Both the position numbers and the translations under genes were made by a program. DNA of 64,000 nucleotides from an uncultured delta proteobacterium (lineage in GTDB: Bacteria > Myxococcota > Myxococcia > Myxococcales > Myxococcaceae), in the NCBI GenBank assembly GCA_963713045.1, contig CAVQKE010000004.1:224001-288000 (forward strand), given 5' to 3'. Under the pieces are notes generated by a model. It searched no databases, was not told the DNA's origin, and was given only the letters and a program-made list of their open reading frames with translations. This document shows positions 19,984-30,709 of the stretch, piece by piece (the first letter of the stretch is position 1; the number at the start of each line of letters is the position of its first letter).

Positions 19984-21024
19984 ATGCCACCGGTGAACGC
20001 GGACCTCCAGGAAGCCACGCACGAGGAGCTCATCCTCGGACTGCTTGTCGAGGGCGGGACGGACTTCGTCTCGGGTGAGGCGCTGTCCGGGAAGCTGGGG
20101 CTGTCGCGGACCGCAGTGTGGAAGGTGGTGAATGCGCTCAGGCGCCACGGGTACCGCATCGAGGCGGTGTCATCGCGGGGGTACCGGTTGTTGGAGGTTC
20201 CGGACCGACTCAGCGCGCTGGAAATTCTTCCCCTCCTCGAGACGCATGACCTCGGACGCACGCTGCACGCTTTCGAGGAGGTGGACTCCACCAACGTGGT
20301 GGCCTTTCGACTGGCGGTGGAGGGAGCCGAGCACGGCGAATTGGTGGTGGCCGAGCGACAGACTCAGGGTCGCGGTCGGCGCGGACGAAGCTGGTCCTCC
20401 CCGGGACACCTCAACCTGCATGCCTCATTCGTTTTGCGCCCGGAGTTGCCCCCCCAGCGTGCTCCGGAGCTGACGCTGCTGGCTGCGGTGGCGCTGGCCG
20501 AGTCTCTCCGGGCCACTGGCGTCCCGGCCGACATCAAATGGCCGAATGACCTGCTGGTCGGTGGGCGCAAGGTGGCCGGCATTCTCACCGAGCTGTCCGC
20601 GGACTTGGACCGCATCCACTTCGTGGTGCTGGGCATTGGCGTCAATCTCAACGCAGCCCACGAGGACTTTCCCCCCGAGTTGGCCGAGACGGCCACCAGC
20701 GTTTTAGAGGTCACCGGCCGGCGGGTGGCACGGGCAGCGTTTGCGGCGGCACTGGCCAAGCGTCTGGAGGATTGGCTGGACTTACATGCCGCCCAAGGCT
20801 TTCGCCCGGTGCGGGAGCGGTGGCGGGCGCTGTCCGCGACCCTCGGTCAGGAAGTCCTGGTCACCTCTGAGCGGCGAGAAGTGCGCGGGGTGGCGGTCGA
20901 CATTGACGAGGATGGTGCGCTTCGAATTCGAACGGCCGACGGGGCCGAGGAGCGCATCTTGGCCGGGGACGTGGAGCAGGTACGGCCACGCCTGGGGCCC
21001 CCGTCACCTCCGCGCGCCTGGTGA
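19984..21024 (+). CDS. birA: Bifunctional biotin-protein ligase / biotin repressor
   Basis: N-terminal HTH (SGEALSGKLGLSRTAVWK), DSTN, QTQGRGRRGRSW, IKWPND, KVAGIL. Confidence 0.97.
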   Translation: MPPVNADLQEATHEELILGLLVEGGTDFVSGEALSGKLGLSRTAVWKVVNALRRHGYRIEAVSSRGYRLLEVPDRLSALEILPLLETHDLGRTLHAFEEVDSTNVVAFRLAVEGAEHGELVVAERQTQGRGRRGRSWSSPGHLNLHASFVLRPELPPQRAPELTLLAAVALAESLRATGVPADIKWPNDLLVGGRKVAGILTELSADLDRIHFVVLGIGVNLNAAHEDFPPELAETATSVLEVTGRRVARAAFAAALAKRLEDWLDLHAAQGFRPVRERWRALSATLGQEVLVTSERREVRGVAVDIDEDGALRIRTADGAEERILAGDVEQVRPRLGPPSPPRAW

Positions 21025-21105
21025 GCCGACCTCCCGCTCGCGAGGCCCGGGGCCAGCCCGGTCCTCTTCCGTGGGCCGCTTCCACGCGTCTTCGGGAAGG
21101 GCCCT

Positions 21106-21609
21106 TCAGCTGATGTGAATCGAGGACGGCTTCTCGTTCTCAATCCAGCGGGCGATTTCGTCGATGTCATCATCGGACACGGCGATGCATCCGCGGGTCC
21201 AGTTGATGGAGGTAATCATCCTTCCCGCCCAGGCGAAGTCCCGCTTCGGCCCGTGAAGTCCAACATCTTTTCCAGTGGCCCCTCGTTTCCGCTGCTCCTC
21301 CGTCGGATAGCCGATGGGAATAAAGGTGCCGAATTGCTTCGAGGGCCGAGGTGTCCCCAAGGCGTAGTCCCCAATCGGCGTCTTGTCGTCGCCGGCCAGC
21401 CTCTTGCCCGAACCCTTGCGGCCAAGGGCCACGGGAAATTCTCCGGAGACGGCGTTCTCCTTGCAAAGCCAGAGACGTCTCATCTCGACGTCCACGACGA
21501 TGGACGTCTCACGGGCGGCACAGGGGTCTTTGCGGTTCTCCTTGGCATCGATGAGGTGAGGAAACCCCACCAGCATCGGCAGCAACAGCCAACCAACATT
21601 TCGCGACAT
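21106..21609 (-). CDS. L,D-transpeptidase family protein (YkuD)
   Basis: Signal-like N-terminus; GDDKTPIGDY, IGYP, GLHGP and WTRGCIAV (catalytic His/Cys). Confidence 0.88.
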   Translation of the reverse strand: MSRNVGWLLLPMLVGFPHLIDAKENRKDPCAARETSIVVDVEMRRLWLCKENAVSGEFPVALGRKGSGKRLAGDDKTPIGDYALGTPRPSKQFGTFIPIGYPTEEQRKRGATGKDVGLHGPKRDFAWAGRMITSINWTRGCIAVSDDDIDEIARWIENEKPSSIHIS

Positions 21610-21863
21610 GCCCCCAAATGCTAGCGGCCTTTGTCGTCCGGACGAACGTGGGCAGGAAAACCACAACCGGGATGCAGCCAGGACACACCCAGAACCACTG
21701 GGTCCGAGTCGCGTCTGCGTCGGGGTGAGAGAGACGGGACGCACGTCGGCAACGTCACCCGCGCCGCTGATTGCTCCTCGGCCATCCGGCCAGGCATCTC
21801 TTTGCTGCGGCGGGTGGCGACCCGGAGTAGAGAATGACTCGCCCCAGACGGAGGAGGTTTGCG

Positions 21864-22766
21864 ATGCGAGCTGCCGTGCTGACCAGGTATGGAGATGTGG
21901 ATGCGCTCGAGCTTCGGGATGTGCCGGAGCCCCAACCGGGGCGGGGAAGCGTCAAGCTCCGCATCGCTGCCTCTAGCCTGAACCCCATCGACTGGAAGAT
22001 TCGCAGTGGCGCAACGAAAGACTGGTTCAAGACCGAGTTCCCCACCATCCTCGGCTACGACGCCGCGGGGGAGGTGGTGGAGCTCGGCGCAGAGGTGTCA
22101 GGCTTCGCCATCGGCGACAAAGTCCTCGGGTTGATTCGACAGGCCCAGGCCGAGTTTGCGACGGCAACCGTCGAAAGCCTGGCGAAGCTGCCCAGCGGGC
22201 TGTCGCTGGTGGATGCCGCCGCCCTTCCGGTCGCCGGGCTGACTGGAACCCAGCTCATCGAAGAGGCGGTGGCGCCCAAGCCGGGCGACGTGGTGCTGGT
22301 GACGGGCGCAGTCGGCAGCGTGGGGAGGTGTGCGGTGCACGCTGCCAAGAAGCTGGGAGCCCGCGTCCTGGCAGGCGTGCGAAAAAGCCAAGTCGCTGCC
22401 GCCAGCGCGCTCGGGGTGGCGGGTGTCGTCGCCTTGGATGACGCCGATGCGGTGGGGGGCCTCCCCCTTCTTCAGGGGGTCGCCGACACCGTCGGCGGCA
22501 GCACGCTGACCCCGGTGCTGCGCCGAATTGCGCCGGGCGGGACGCTGGGGAGCGTCGTCGGCGAGTCCGCCGAAGCGAAGAAATTGGGCATCCGTGTCCG
22601 GGCGATTTTCAACCACGCCGATGCCAAGCGACTCGCCGCGCTGGCAGCGGAGTTCGCGGCGGGCGACCTGGTCCTCCCCATTGCCGGGCGCTTCCCACTG
22701 GCTCAGGTGCGCGAAGCATTTCGTGCCGCCGAGAGCGGCCACGGGAAGGTGCTCTTGACCATGTGA
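21864..22766 (+). CDS. NADP-dependent oxidoreductase (MDR / quinone oxidoreductase family)
   Basis: SD GGAGGAGG upstream; SLNPIDWK, GYDAAGEV, VTGAVGSVG, HGKVLL. Confidence 0.92.
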   Translation: MRAAVLTRYGDVDALELRDVPEPQPGRGSVKLRIAASSLNPIDWKIRSGATKDWFKTEFPTILGYDAAGEVVELGAEVSGFAIGDKVLGLIRQAQAEFATATVESLAKLPSGLSLVDAAALPVAGLTGTQLIEEAVAPKPGDVVLVTGAVGSVGRCAVHAAKKLGARVLAGVRKSQVAAASALGVAGVVALDDADAVGGLPLLQGVADTVGGSTLTPVLRRIAPGGTLGSVVGESAEAKKLGIRVRAIFNHADAKRLAALAAEFAAGDLVLPIAGRFPLAQVREAFRAAESGHGKVLLTM

Positions 22767-22857
22767 GGTGCAGCTGGGAGCCGACGGCCGAAGGGGGGCC
22801 GGCAGATGCGCCCCCGGAGGACCGCCGAGGGTGGTAAGCACCCTTGTGGGAAGTCCA

Positions 22858-23631
22858 ATGCTGCTCGCCATCGACGTCGGAAACACCAACACGGTGGTGG
22901 GCGTCTTCGACGGCGAGCGCCTGGTGGACCACTGGCGGCTGGCGACCGACGCCCGCCGGACGGCGGACGAATATGGCCTGTGGGTCCGGCAGGCGCTGCC
23001 CTACGCGGGGGTGGACCCGACGCGGGTGCGGGCCGCAGTGGTGTCCAGCGTGGTGCCTCCGATGCAACTCAGCCTGGAGCGCATGGCCAGCCGCTATTTC
23101 GGCGTCCGACCACTTTTCATCGGCCCAGGCGTGAAGACGGGGATGCCCATCCTCTATGACAACCCGCGTGAAGTCGGCGCCGACCGGATTGTCAACGCGG
23201 TCGCCGCGTTTGAGAAGCACCACCAAGGCTTGGTGGTGGTGGACTTCGGGACGGCGACCACCTTCGACGCCGTCACGCCCAAGGGCGAGTACTTGGGCGG
23301 CTGCATCGCCCCGGGCATCTCCATCTCGATGGAGGCCCTGTTTCAAAATGCCGCCCGTCTGCCGCGCGTCGAGTTTGCCCGGCCCCCGGCGGTGGTGGGG
23401 CGGAACACGGTGCACTCCATGCAGTCCGGACTCGTCTTTGGCTACGCCGGGTTGGTGGACGGCATCTGCGAGCGGATGGCCCGGGAGCTTGCCTTCCCGG
23501 TGAAGGTGCTGGCCACCGGTGGGCTGGCGTCGCTGCTGGCCGGCGAGACGCGCTGCATCAGCGAAGTCGACGAGCTGTTGACGTTGGAAGGACTGCGCAT
23601 CATCTACGGACGGAACCATGGCCCTGCCTGA
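22858..23631 (+). CDS. coaX: Type III pantothenate kinase
   Basis: MLLAIDVGNTN, SSVVP, VGADRIVN, VDFGTATTFD, GGCIAPG, ATGG. Confidence 0.97.
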   Translation: MLLAIDVGNTNTVVGVFDGERLVDHWRLATDARRTADEYGLWVRQALPYAGVDPTRVRAAVVSSVVPPMQLSLERMASRYFGVRPLFIGPGVKTGMPILYDNPREVGADRIVNAVAAFEKHHQGLVVVDFGTATTFDAVTPKGEYLGGCIAPGISISMEALFQNAARLPRVEFARPPAVVGRNTVHSMQSGLVFGYAGLVDGICERMARELAFPVKVLATGGLASLLAGETRCISEVDELLTLEGLRIIYGRNHGPA

Positions 23632-24718
23632 GGAGCGGCCGCCGCTGGACTTCCTGCCCCCGGCGCTGCGCAAGCACGTCGACCCGGGCTCGCCGGTGCC
23701 GCTGCGGATGATGGCGGCCAAGGCACTGGTGCCGCTGGCACCGGCCGACATGCTGGGGGCGCTGTATTTGCTTACCCAGGACCCCGACGAGACGGTGCGC
23801 ACCACCGCCACCGCCTCCGCCGAGAAGCTTCCGGACCGCATTCTCGGTTCGGCCCTGCGCGATGAGGGCGTCCCGCCGGCGGTCCTTGGCTGGGCCCTCG
23901 ACCGCCTCCAGTCCAACGACGTCTACGTGGAGATGCTGGTCCTCAACGCCTCCACGCCGGACGAGGCGGTTGCCCGGGTGGCGGCCCACTGCAGCCTTCG
24001 CTCTCTGGAGATTGTTGGGCAAAACCAGCTGCGGCTGCTGCGGCACGAGGACGTGGTGCGCCAGCTGTGCTCCAACCCCAAGGCCACGCTGGCGCTGGTG
24101 GACTCGGTGTGCGACTTCTGTGTGCGCAGCGGGCTGCAGCTTTCCGACGTCCCCGCGATGCAGGCCGCGCGGGTTCGAATTTTCGGACCGGAGGCAGTCA
24201 ATGCGCCGCCCCCTGGCCCCAGTGCTGAGGAGATTCTCAGTGAATACCAGGTGGGGGACGAGACGGCGCCGCCGCTGGAGGAGGGAAAGCGGCTGACCTT
24301 CGCCCAGCGCATTGTCCGGATGAGCATCGCCGAGAAAATCAAGCTCGCCACCAAGGGCAACAAGGAAGCTCGGGGCTACCTTCTCCGCGACAGCAACAAG
24401 CTGGTGGCGGTGGCCGCCATCCGCAGCCCCAAAGTGACGGACCCGGAGATTCTGGCCATTGCCAACAGCCGGCAGGCCCACGACGATGTGCTGCGGGTGG
24501 TGTACGCCAACCGCGAGTGGGTGAAGCTCTACCCGGTGAAGCTGGCGCTGGTGAAAAACCCCAAGGTGCCGCTGCCCATCGCGATGAAGTTTCTCTCAAC
24601 CCTGCGGGAGTCGGAAATCCGGGAGATTGCGCGAGATAAAAACGTCCCGTCCGGCGTTCAGCTGATGGCGCGCAAGGCGATGGAAAAGAAGAACGAGCCG
24701 AAAAAGGACGGTCATTAG
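23618..24718 (+). CDS. Conserved alpha-helical hypothetical protein of the type found next to frzS in myxobacteria
   Basis: 366 aa ORF coupled to coaX; EKIKLATKGNKEARGYLLRDSNKLV and ALVKNPKVP motifs. Confidence 0.8.
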   Translation: MALPEERPPLDFLPPALRKHVDPGSPVPLRMMAAKALVPLAPADMLGALYLLTQDPDETVRTTATASAEKLPDRILGSALRDEGVPPAVLGWALDRLQSNDVYVEMLVLNASTPDEAVARVAAHCSLRSLEIVGQNQLRLLRHEDVVRQLCSNPKATLALVDSVCDFCVRSGLQLSDVPAMQAARVRIFGPEAVNAPPPGPSAEEILSEYQVGDETAPPLEEGKRLTFAQRIVRMSIAEKIKLATKGNKEARGYLLRDSNKLVAVAAIRSPKVTDPEILAIANSRQAHDDVLRVVYANREWVKLYPVKLALVKNPKVPLPIAMKFLSTLRESEIREIARDKNVPSGVQLMARKAMEKKNEPKKDGH

Positions 24719-24729
24719 TCGGTCGGCGG

Positions 24730-26319
24730 TCAGGCCGCTGCCGGCTCGTCGTCTCCGCCGGGCCCGCGCTCGGGAGCGGGTGCGCCCGGACTGGACTGTG
24801 CCAGCAACTGTCCGGCCATGGCCACCGCCCGGGCAGCCTTCTCCCGGGCCCGCTCCTCGCTCTTCAGTCGCGCGTAGAGGCGCGCCACCCGCTCCTCGTG
24901 CTTGCGTGCCACGGCTTCCAGTTCACGGCAGCGCTGTTGGACCGCCGCCAGCTGGTCCTCACGGACGGCGTCGTGGTGGGCCAGCTCCTCGCGCACCGCG
25001 GTGAGGTCGCCCTGGCTTTGCTCAAGCGCCGCCTGCACGGTGGCCAGCTGCCGCTGCGCGCCGTCGGCATGGGCCCGGTTGAGTTCGCGGTCGCGGCGCG
25101 CGGCCGCCAATTCTCCCTCGGCAAGGTCGCGGGCTTCCTCCGCAGCCTCGGCCCGCGCGCGCAGTTGAATCGCCTCCTGCTCCGCCGCGTCGGCCCGCGC
25201 ACTGGCAGCACCGATGGCCATCTGCAGTTCGGCCGCCTGGTCCTGAGCCTCCCGCGCGGTGGCCTCCGCCCGCTCCACCGATTGGTCCACCCGCCGGCGG
25301 TCCACTTCGGTCCGGGATTGAAGGGACTTAATTTGGCCATCTCGACGAGCGACTTCGCCGGTCAACTCCAAATTGTGCTGCTCGAGGTGCATCGCCTGTT
25401 CACGCAAGTCGGCCAGTTCTTGCTCCCGGGCATGCAGCTCCGACTTGAGACGGAGAATATCGCGGTCACGGCGAAGCACCTCGTCCCGGGGCGAGCGTCC
25501 CTCCGGATTCTCTTCCTCGGCGGTGGCGCGACCGGCGAGCTCGGCTTCCAGCTGGTGGATGCGGACGTCGCTCGCGAAGGAGAGCGCCTGGGCGTCCTCC
25601 AGTGCCGCCTGGAGGCGCGACACCTCGCCCTGGTGTGCGGAGTCGGTGGGCGCCGCGGCCGAGGCCTGAGCCGTGTCGGTGAGGGGCGTCAAGGGAAAGG
25701 GCGGCGCCTCTTCCAGCCCCTCCGCAGGGTGTCCGCTCGGCTCTGGCTGGACGGCGCCATAGTCCGGGAGCTGGCTGAAGTCCTCCGGGGAGGCTGGCGG
25801 TGGGGATGCCTCCGCCGGGTCGGGGCGGGGAGAGAAGGGCGCCGTATCAAAGGCCGCGTCGATGAGGTCCAAGTCCGGGTCCCCCGAGACGGTGGCCTCC
25901 TCCAAGTCGAACGACTGGTGGGCGGCATCGGCGGCCGGTGCCGGCACCGTGCTGTGGCCGGTCAGCTGCGTCACGCAAGCGACGAAATCCTCCAGTTGCA
26001 GCGGTTTGGCGAGGTAGGCGTCGGCGCGATTTTTCAACTTCCCGTGCTGGGCAAACCCGTCGGGACTGCCGACGATGACCACTGGAACGCTGCGCAACTC
26101 CTCGTCTTTCTTAAATTTTCCACAGAGGATGTAACCGTTTTGACCGGCCGGAAGGTCCACCGCCAACACCACGCACGCCGCGCGGCCCTGGCGTGCAACC
26201 TCCACGCAGGTCCTTCCATCGGCGGTCTCTTGGACGGAGAAGCCGCGCGCTTCGAGAGCGCTGCGCATTCGGGCGGAGTGCGCCGCGTCTCCTTCCACAA
26301 TCAGGACTTGGGTGGGCAT
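24730..26319 (-). CDS. frzS: Social-motility protein FrzS (pseudo-receiver domain, Pro/Ala linker, long coiled coil)
   Basis: VVLAVDLPAGQNGYILCGKFKKD...PDGFAQH.KLK..AD.Y.AKP closely matches the FrzS receiver (Ala at the phosphoacceptor position); coiled-coil C-terminal half; sits downstream of ECF/anti-sigma genes. Confidence 0.92.
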   Translation of the reverse strand: MPTQVLIVEGDAAHSARMRSALEARGFSVQETADGRTCVEVARQGRAACVVLAVDLPAGQNGYILCGKFKKDEELRSVPVVIVGSPDGFAQHGKLKNRADAYLAKPLQLEDFVACVTQLTGHSTVPAPAADAAHQSFDLEEATVSGDPDLDLIDAAFDTAPFSPRPDPAEASPPPASPEDFSQLPDYGAVQPEPSGHPAEGLEEAPPFPLTPLTDTAQASAAAPTDSAHQGEVSRLQAALEDAQALSFASDVRIHQLEAELAGRATAEEENPEGRSPRDEVLRRDRDILRLKSELHAREQELADLREQAMHLEQHNLELTGEVARRDGQIKSLQSRTEVDRRRVDQSVERAEATAREAQDQAAELQMAIGAASARADAAEQEAIQLRARAEAAEEARDLAEGELAAARRDRELNRAHADGAQRQLATVQAALEQSQGDLTAVREELAHHDAVREDQLAAVQQRCRELEAVARKHEERVARLYARLKSEERAREKAARAVAMAGQLLAQSSPGAPAPERGPGGDDEPAAA

Positions 26320-26411
26320 GCGCTCGCTGGCCAAGGCCGCGGCCCCAGGGGCGCTGGGGGCTGGAGGTGCGGCCTCGTCCCCGCAAGGCTAGTCAGCTGC
26401 CTTCGGCAGCG

Positions 26412-27275
26412 TCAACGGGCCGAGGCCGAGGCGGGAAGCACTGAAAAGTCGGGCCAGCGCCGGGCGCCATAGCCCATGGCGGTGGCCGGCCCGCGCTCCA
26501 CCGGCAGGGGAGGCGTGGGCGTTGCGGGACGGGCGGCGGTCAACATCGTCCGAAGGGAGTCTGCGTCGAGGTCGCTCACCAATTCATAGACGAGGTCGCC
26601 GGTGCGCCAGCTCGCGACGTTGAAGCCCCGCACCGGGTGCACCCGCACGTCGGGCCAGGGCCGGGCGGGCAGCGCCTGCGGCGCGTCGTCCAGCACGAAG
26701 AGGCCCACCCGCCGCGGCGGGCCGCCCCCCACCGATGCCAACTCATAGACAATGTAGGCCGCCTCATGCTCCCGGACGTTGGACAGCCGAGCGCCGGCAA
26801 GCTGGGCATTGGGCAGGCGAGGGACAGGGACGCGCCAATCGAGCTTGTCGTCGAACCAGGTCTCCACCTGTTCATGCCGCCTGACGGTGACTTCCAAGGG
26901 CAGCTGGCGCTTGAAGCGCACCGCGGCCTCATCGCCCACCAAGTCCGGCGGTGCAGGCCGCAGCTCCAGCCAGGCAGCACTGGCGGCCGCGGCCAAAAGG
27001 GCGGCGCTGCCCCAGCGGGTCCAGGAGACGACTTGCACCCGGCGGTGCTCGCGCCGAATGCCGGTGTGAAGCATCGCGCGGAGCGCTTCGGGAGCGGGTG
27101 CCCGCTGCACCCGGACCGAACGCCGCAGGGCGCCGTGAAACGCGGCCTCGGCGCCGACGCGGCGGGCGCAGGGCGCGCAGCCGCTGAGGTGGTCCTCGAA
27201 GTCCTTCCGGTCAGCCTCCTCGAGCTCTCCGTCGAGGTAGGGGTAGACCACCGAATCCAAGTCGAGGCAGGTCAT
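26412..27275 (-). CDS. Zinc-binding (zf-HC2/ZAS) transmembrane anti-sigma factor
   Basis: MTC...YLDGEL...HLSGCAPC (HxxxCxxC), one TM segment, downstream of the ECF sigma gene. Confidence 0.9.
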   Translation of the reverse strand: MTCLDLDSVVYPYLDGELEEADRKDFEDHLSGCAPCARRVGAEAAFHGALRRSVRVQRAPAPEALRAMLHTGIRREHRRVQVVSWTRWGSAALLAAAASAAWLELRPAPPDLVGDEAAVRFKRQLPLEVTVRRHEQVETWFDDKLDWRVPVPRLPNAQLAGARLSNVREHEAAYIVYELASVGGGPPRRVGLFVLDDAPQALPARPWPDVRVHPVRGFNVASWRTGDLVYELVSDLDADSLRTMLTAARPATPTPPLPVERGPATAMGYGARRWPDFSVLPASASAR

Positions 27276-27340
27276 CAAGCAGCGTTCACCTGCAGGAGGC
27301 TACCCGCAGTGCTGTGCCGCTACCAACGACCGAATGGACT

Positions 27341-27991
<651 letters not shown>

Positions 27992-28004
27992 GGCCCTCCC
28001 TAAC

Positions 28005-28031
28005 TAGACCCCTACGGACGCAAAAGGTGCC
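28005..28031 (-). promoter_or_regulatory. Candidate autoregulatory ECF promoter
   Basis: Minus strand GGCACC-N16-GTCTA immediately upstream of the GGAGG SD of the ECF gene. Confidence 0.45.
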
Positions 28032-28076
28032 GATTGCTTCACTGCGTAGCATTAGAAAAAACGAACGAGCAGCCGT

Positions 28077-29204
28077 TCAGGCGCCCGCTTGCATGGCCGC
28101 TTCCAAGGCAACGTACGGGTAGCCCATGTCGCGCGCGACGGCCTCGTACGTGACGTGGCCGCCGAAGGTATTCACTGCGCGTGCGAGGGCCTTGGACTGA
28201 CGGGTGGCCTCGACCAGGCCGAGGTCGGCAATCCGCTTGGCGTAGGGCCAGGTGACGCTGGTGAGGGCAAAGGTGGAGGTAATGGGCACGGCGCCGGGCA
28301 TGTTGGCCACGCAGTAATGCACCACCCCGTGCACCACATACGTCGGGTCATCGTGGGTGGTGGGGCGGCACGTCTCAATGCAGCCTCCTTGGTCCACCGC
28401 AACGTCCACCACCACCGAGCCTGGACTCATCTCGCGGATGAGGGCCTCCGGGACCAGCTTGGGCGCCTTGCCGCCTGGAATGAGGACGCCGCCCACCACC
28501 AAATCGGCCTCCCGCACCGCCGCGGCGATGGTTTCCGTGTCTGAAGCGAGGGGGGTAATCCGTCCGAGGAAGACGTCGTCCAGGTAGGCGAGCTGGTTCT
28601 GGTTGATGTCCAGGACGGTGACATCGGCGCCCATCCCCACCGCGATTTTGGCGGCGCAGGTCCCCACCACGCCCCCGCCCAGAATGGCGACGCGCCCATG
28701 CCGCACCCCCGGAACGCCGCCGAGAAGAATGCCCTTCCCGCCGCCCTCCTTCTCCAGGGAGGCCGCGCCCACTTGAATGGCCATCTTCCCAGCCACTTCG
28801 CTCATCGGCCGAAGCAGCGGCAGGCTGCCATCGTCCAGCTGCAGCGTCTCATAGGCCACCGCGGCAACTTTCTTTCTGAGCAGCGTCCGCGTGAGTTCCG
28901 GGTCCACTCCGGCCAGGTGAAAGTAGGTGTAGACCACCTGCCGCTCCTGGAGTCGCCCGTATTCCACGGGAATCGGCTCCTTCACCTTCACCACCATCTC
29001 CGCGCGCTTCCAAACTTCGTCGGCACTGGAGACCAATTCCGCGCCGACCCGGGCATAGTCGGCGTCCAGGACGCCTGAGCCGGCGCCGGCGCCTCGCTCG
29101 ACCAGGACTGTATGGCCGCCGCTGGTGAGTGCGCGCACGCCCGCGGGAACCATGCCCACGCGGAACTCGCGCACCTTCACTTCCTTGGGGACGCCGACAA
29201 TCAC
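28077..29204 (-). CDS. ald: Alanine dehydrogenase
   Basis: GTG start; [51 protein letters not shown]. Confidence 0.97.
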   Translation of the reverse strand: MIVGVPKEVKVREFRVGMVPAGVRALTSGGHTVLVERGAGAGSGVLDADYARVGAELVSSADEVWKRAEMVVKVKEPIPVEYGRLQERQVVYTYFHLAGVDPELTRTLLRKKVAAVAYETLQLDDGSLPLLRPMSEVAGKMAIQVGAASLEKEGGGKGILLGGVPGVRHGRVAILGGGVVGTCAAKIAVGMGADVTVLDINQNQLAYLDDVFLGRITPLASDTETIAAAVREADLVVGGVLIPGGKAPKLVPEALIREMSPGSVVVDVAVDQGGCIETCRPTTHDDPTYVVHGVVHYCVANMPGAVPITSTFALTSVTWPYAKRIADLGLVEATRQSKALARAVNTFGGHVTYEAVARDMGYPYVALEAAMQAGA

Positions 29205-29347
29205 ATGGGACTCCGGACGAGGGGAGGGGGATGGGGGCCCTCCGGCGCGCGGGCGGGGCAAACCATGTCAGGGCCTTCGAGTCAACGCGAGCAGGCAACC
29301 AACACCCTGCGTTACAAGGGCCCTTGGCTGTCCGGAGCCAGCAAAGC

Positions 29348-30655
29348 GTGCCATCCCCTGCAAGACTGCTGTTTGCCGACGCCGACGGTCGGGTGATGGA
29401 CCATCCGCACCTGTTGGCCAGCGTGCGCTCGGGGGATACCCTCCTCGGGCCTTCCGAGAGGCCCATTGCCCTGCCTGCCGGGTCCCGCCTGGTGCATTTG
29501 CCAGGGCGGCGCCCAGTCGGGGTCGACCCCTCGAGTGGCCAGCTGACACTGCTGCAGGAGGTGGTGGTGCGCGGGCGCCGCATGGAACCGCATGCCGTGG
29601 GGGCGCTGTTGCCTCCCGGCTACACCCGCACCTTTCTGCCGGGAGAGGTGAAGGCCGCTGGGCCGACGTTGCCCCAGTGGGCCTACACTGCCGCGGCCTG
29701 GGGGGAAGGCCAGCCGGTGGCCTGGGCGGTCCGCACCGACCGGCGCCAGCATTGGGACCAGGGACGCTTCTCGACGCCCGAGCTGCGCGGCCGTGTCGCG
29801 CGGGCGCTGCGGGCGGACCCGGACAACCGCGTTCTCCTCCAACTCAAGACCTGCGCCCTGGTCTACCGCTGCTTCACCAGTCAAAACCTCTTTTACCAGC
29901 GGGACGAAGGCGCCCTGCCGGTGTCCGTCATGTGCAACGCGGCGTGTGTGGGGTGCATCTCGGAGCAGCCCGCGGATGGTCCGCCGGCGTCCCACGCGCG
30001 CCTGGACGATGGCCCGTCGGCGGAAGAGATGGCCCGCGTCGCGCTGGCGCACCTGGCCTCGGCCAGCGGGCGAGTGATGGTGAGCTTCGGCCAGGGCTGC
30101 GAGGGCGAGCCCCTGACGCGCTGGCCGGTCATCGCCCGGGCCATCTGCTTGGTGCGGGCCGAAACATCGCGTGGCTCCTTGCACCTCAACACCAACGCCA
30201 GCCTTCCCGAGGGGCTGGCGGCGCTGCTGGACGCGGGCTTGGACTCGGTACGCGTCTCCCTTAACTCCGCAGTGAAGGACCTCTACGAGGCCTATTACCG
30301 CCCGGTGAAGTACGGGTGGGAGGACGTGGAGGCGTCGCTGGCGGTGGCCCGCCGGCACGGCGCCTACCTCTCACTCAACCTTCTCACCTTGCCCGGGGTG
30401 ACGGACCGAACCGGCGAAGTCCGGGCCCTGGTGGCGCTCGTCCGCCGGCACCGGGTGGACCAGGTGCAGGTGCGCTCCCTCTGCATGGACCCGTTGCAGT
30501 ACCTGGACGTGGCGCACCAGCGCGGAGCCGGCGGAAGCCCCCTTGGAATTCGAGCCATGCTGCGCGTGCTCCGCCGAGAGACACCCTGGGTACGCATCGG
30601 TAATTTCTCCCGCGCCCGGAACGAGCGGAGCGCGACCGCAAGTGTGCGCGCCTAG
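29348..30655 (+). CDS. Radical SAM domain protein (uncharacterised family)
   Basis: CNAACVGC (CxxxCxxC), SFGQGCEGEP, LNTN, RVSLNS; start codon uncertain (GTG 29348). Confidence 0.88.
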   Translation: MPSPARLLFADADGRVMDHPHLLASVRSGDTLLGPSERPIALPAGSRLVHLPGRRPVGVDPSSGQLTLLQEVVVRGRRMEPHAVGALLPPGYTRTFLPGEVKAAGPTLPQWAYTAAAWGEGQPVAWAVRTDRRQHWDQGRFSTPELRGRVARALRADPDNRVLLQLKTCALVYRCFTSQNLFYQRDEGALPVSVMCNAACVGCISEQPADGPPASHARLDDGPSAEEMARVALAHLASASGRVMVSFGQGCEGEPLTRWPVIARAICLVRAETSRGSLHLNTNASLPEGLAALLDAGLDSVRVSLNSAVKDLYEAYYRPVKYGWEDVEASLAVARRHGAYLSLNLLTLPGVTDRTGEVRALVALVRRHRVDQVQVRSLCMDPLQYLDVAHQRGAGGSPLGIRAMLRVLRRETPWVRIGNFSRARNERSATASVRA

Positions 30656-30709
30656 CGCGGCCGCTTGAGTTTGCGCGCACCGGCCTCGCTCTGGCACGGT
30701 AGCGGCGCC

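Noticed and set aside
30692..30706. TGGCAC...GC sigma54-like element before aroF
   Set aside because: Lacks the TTGC -12 element and is too close to the start codon to leave a transcript leader
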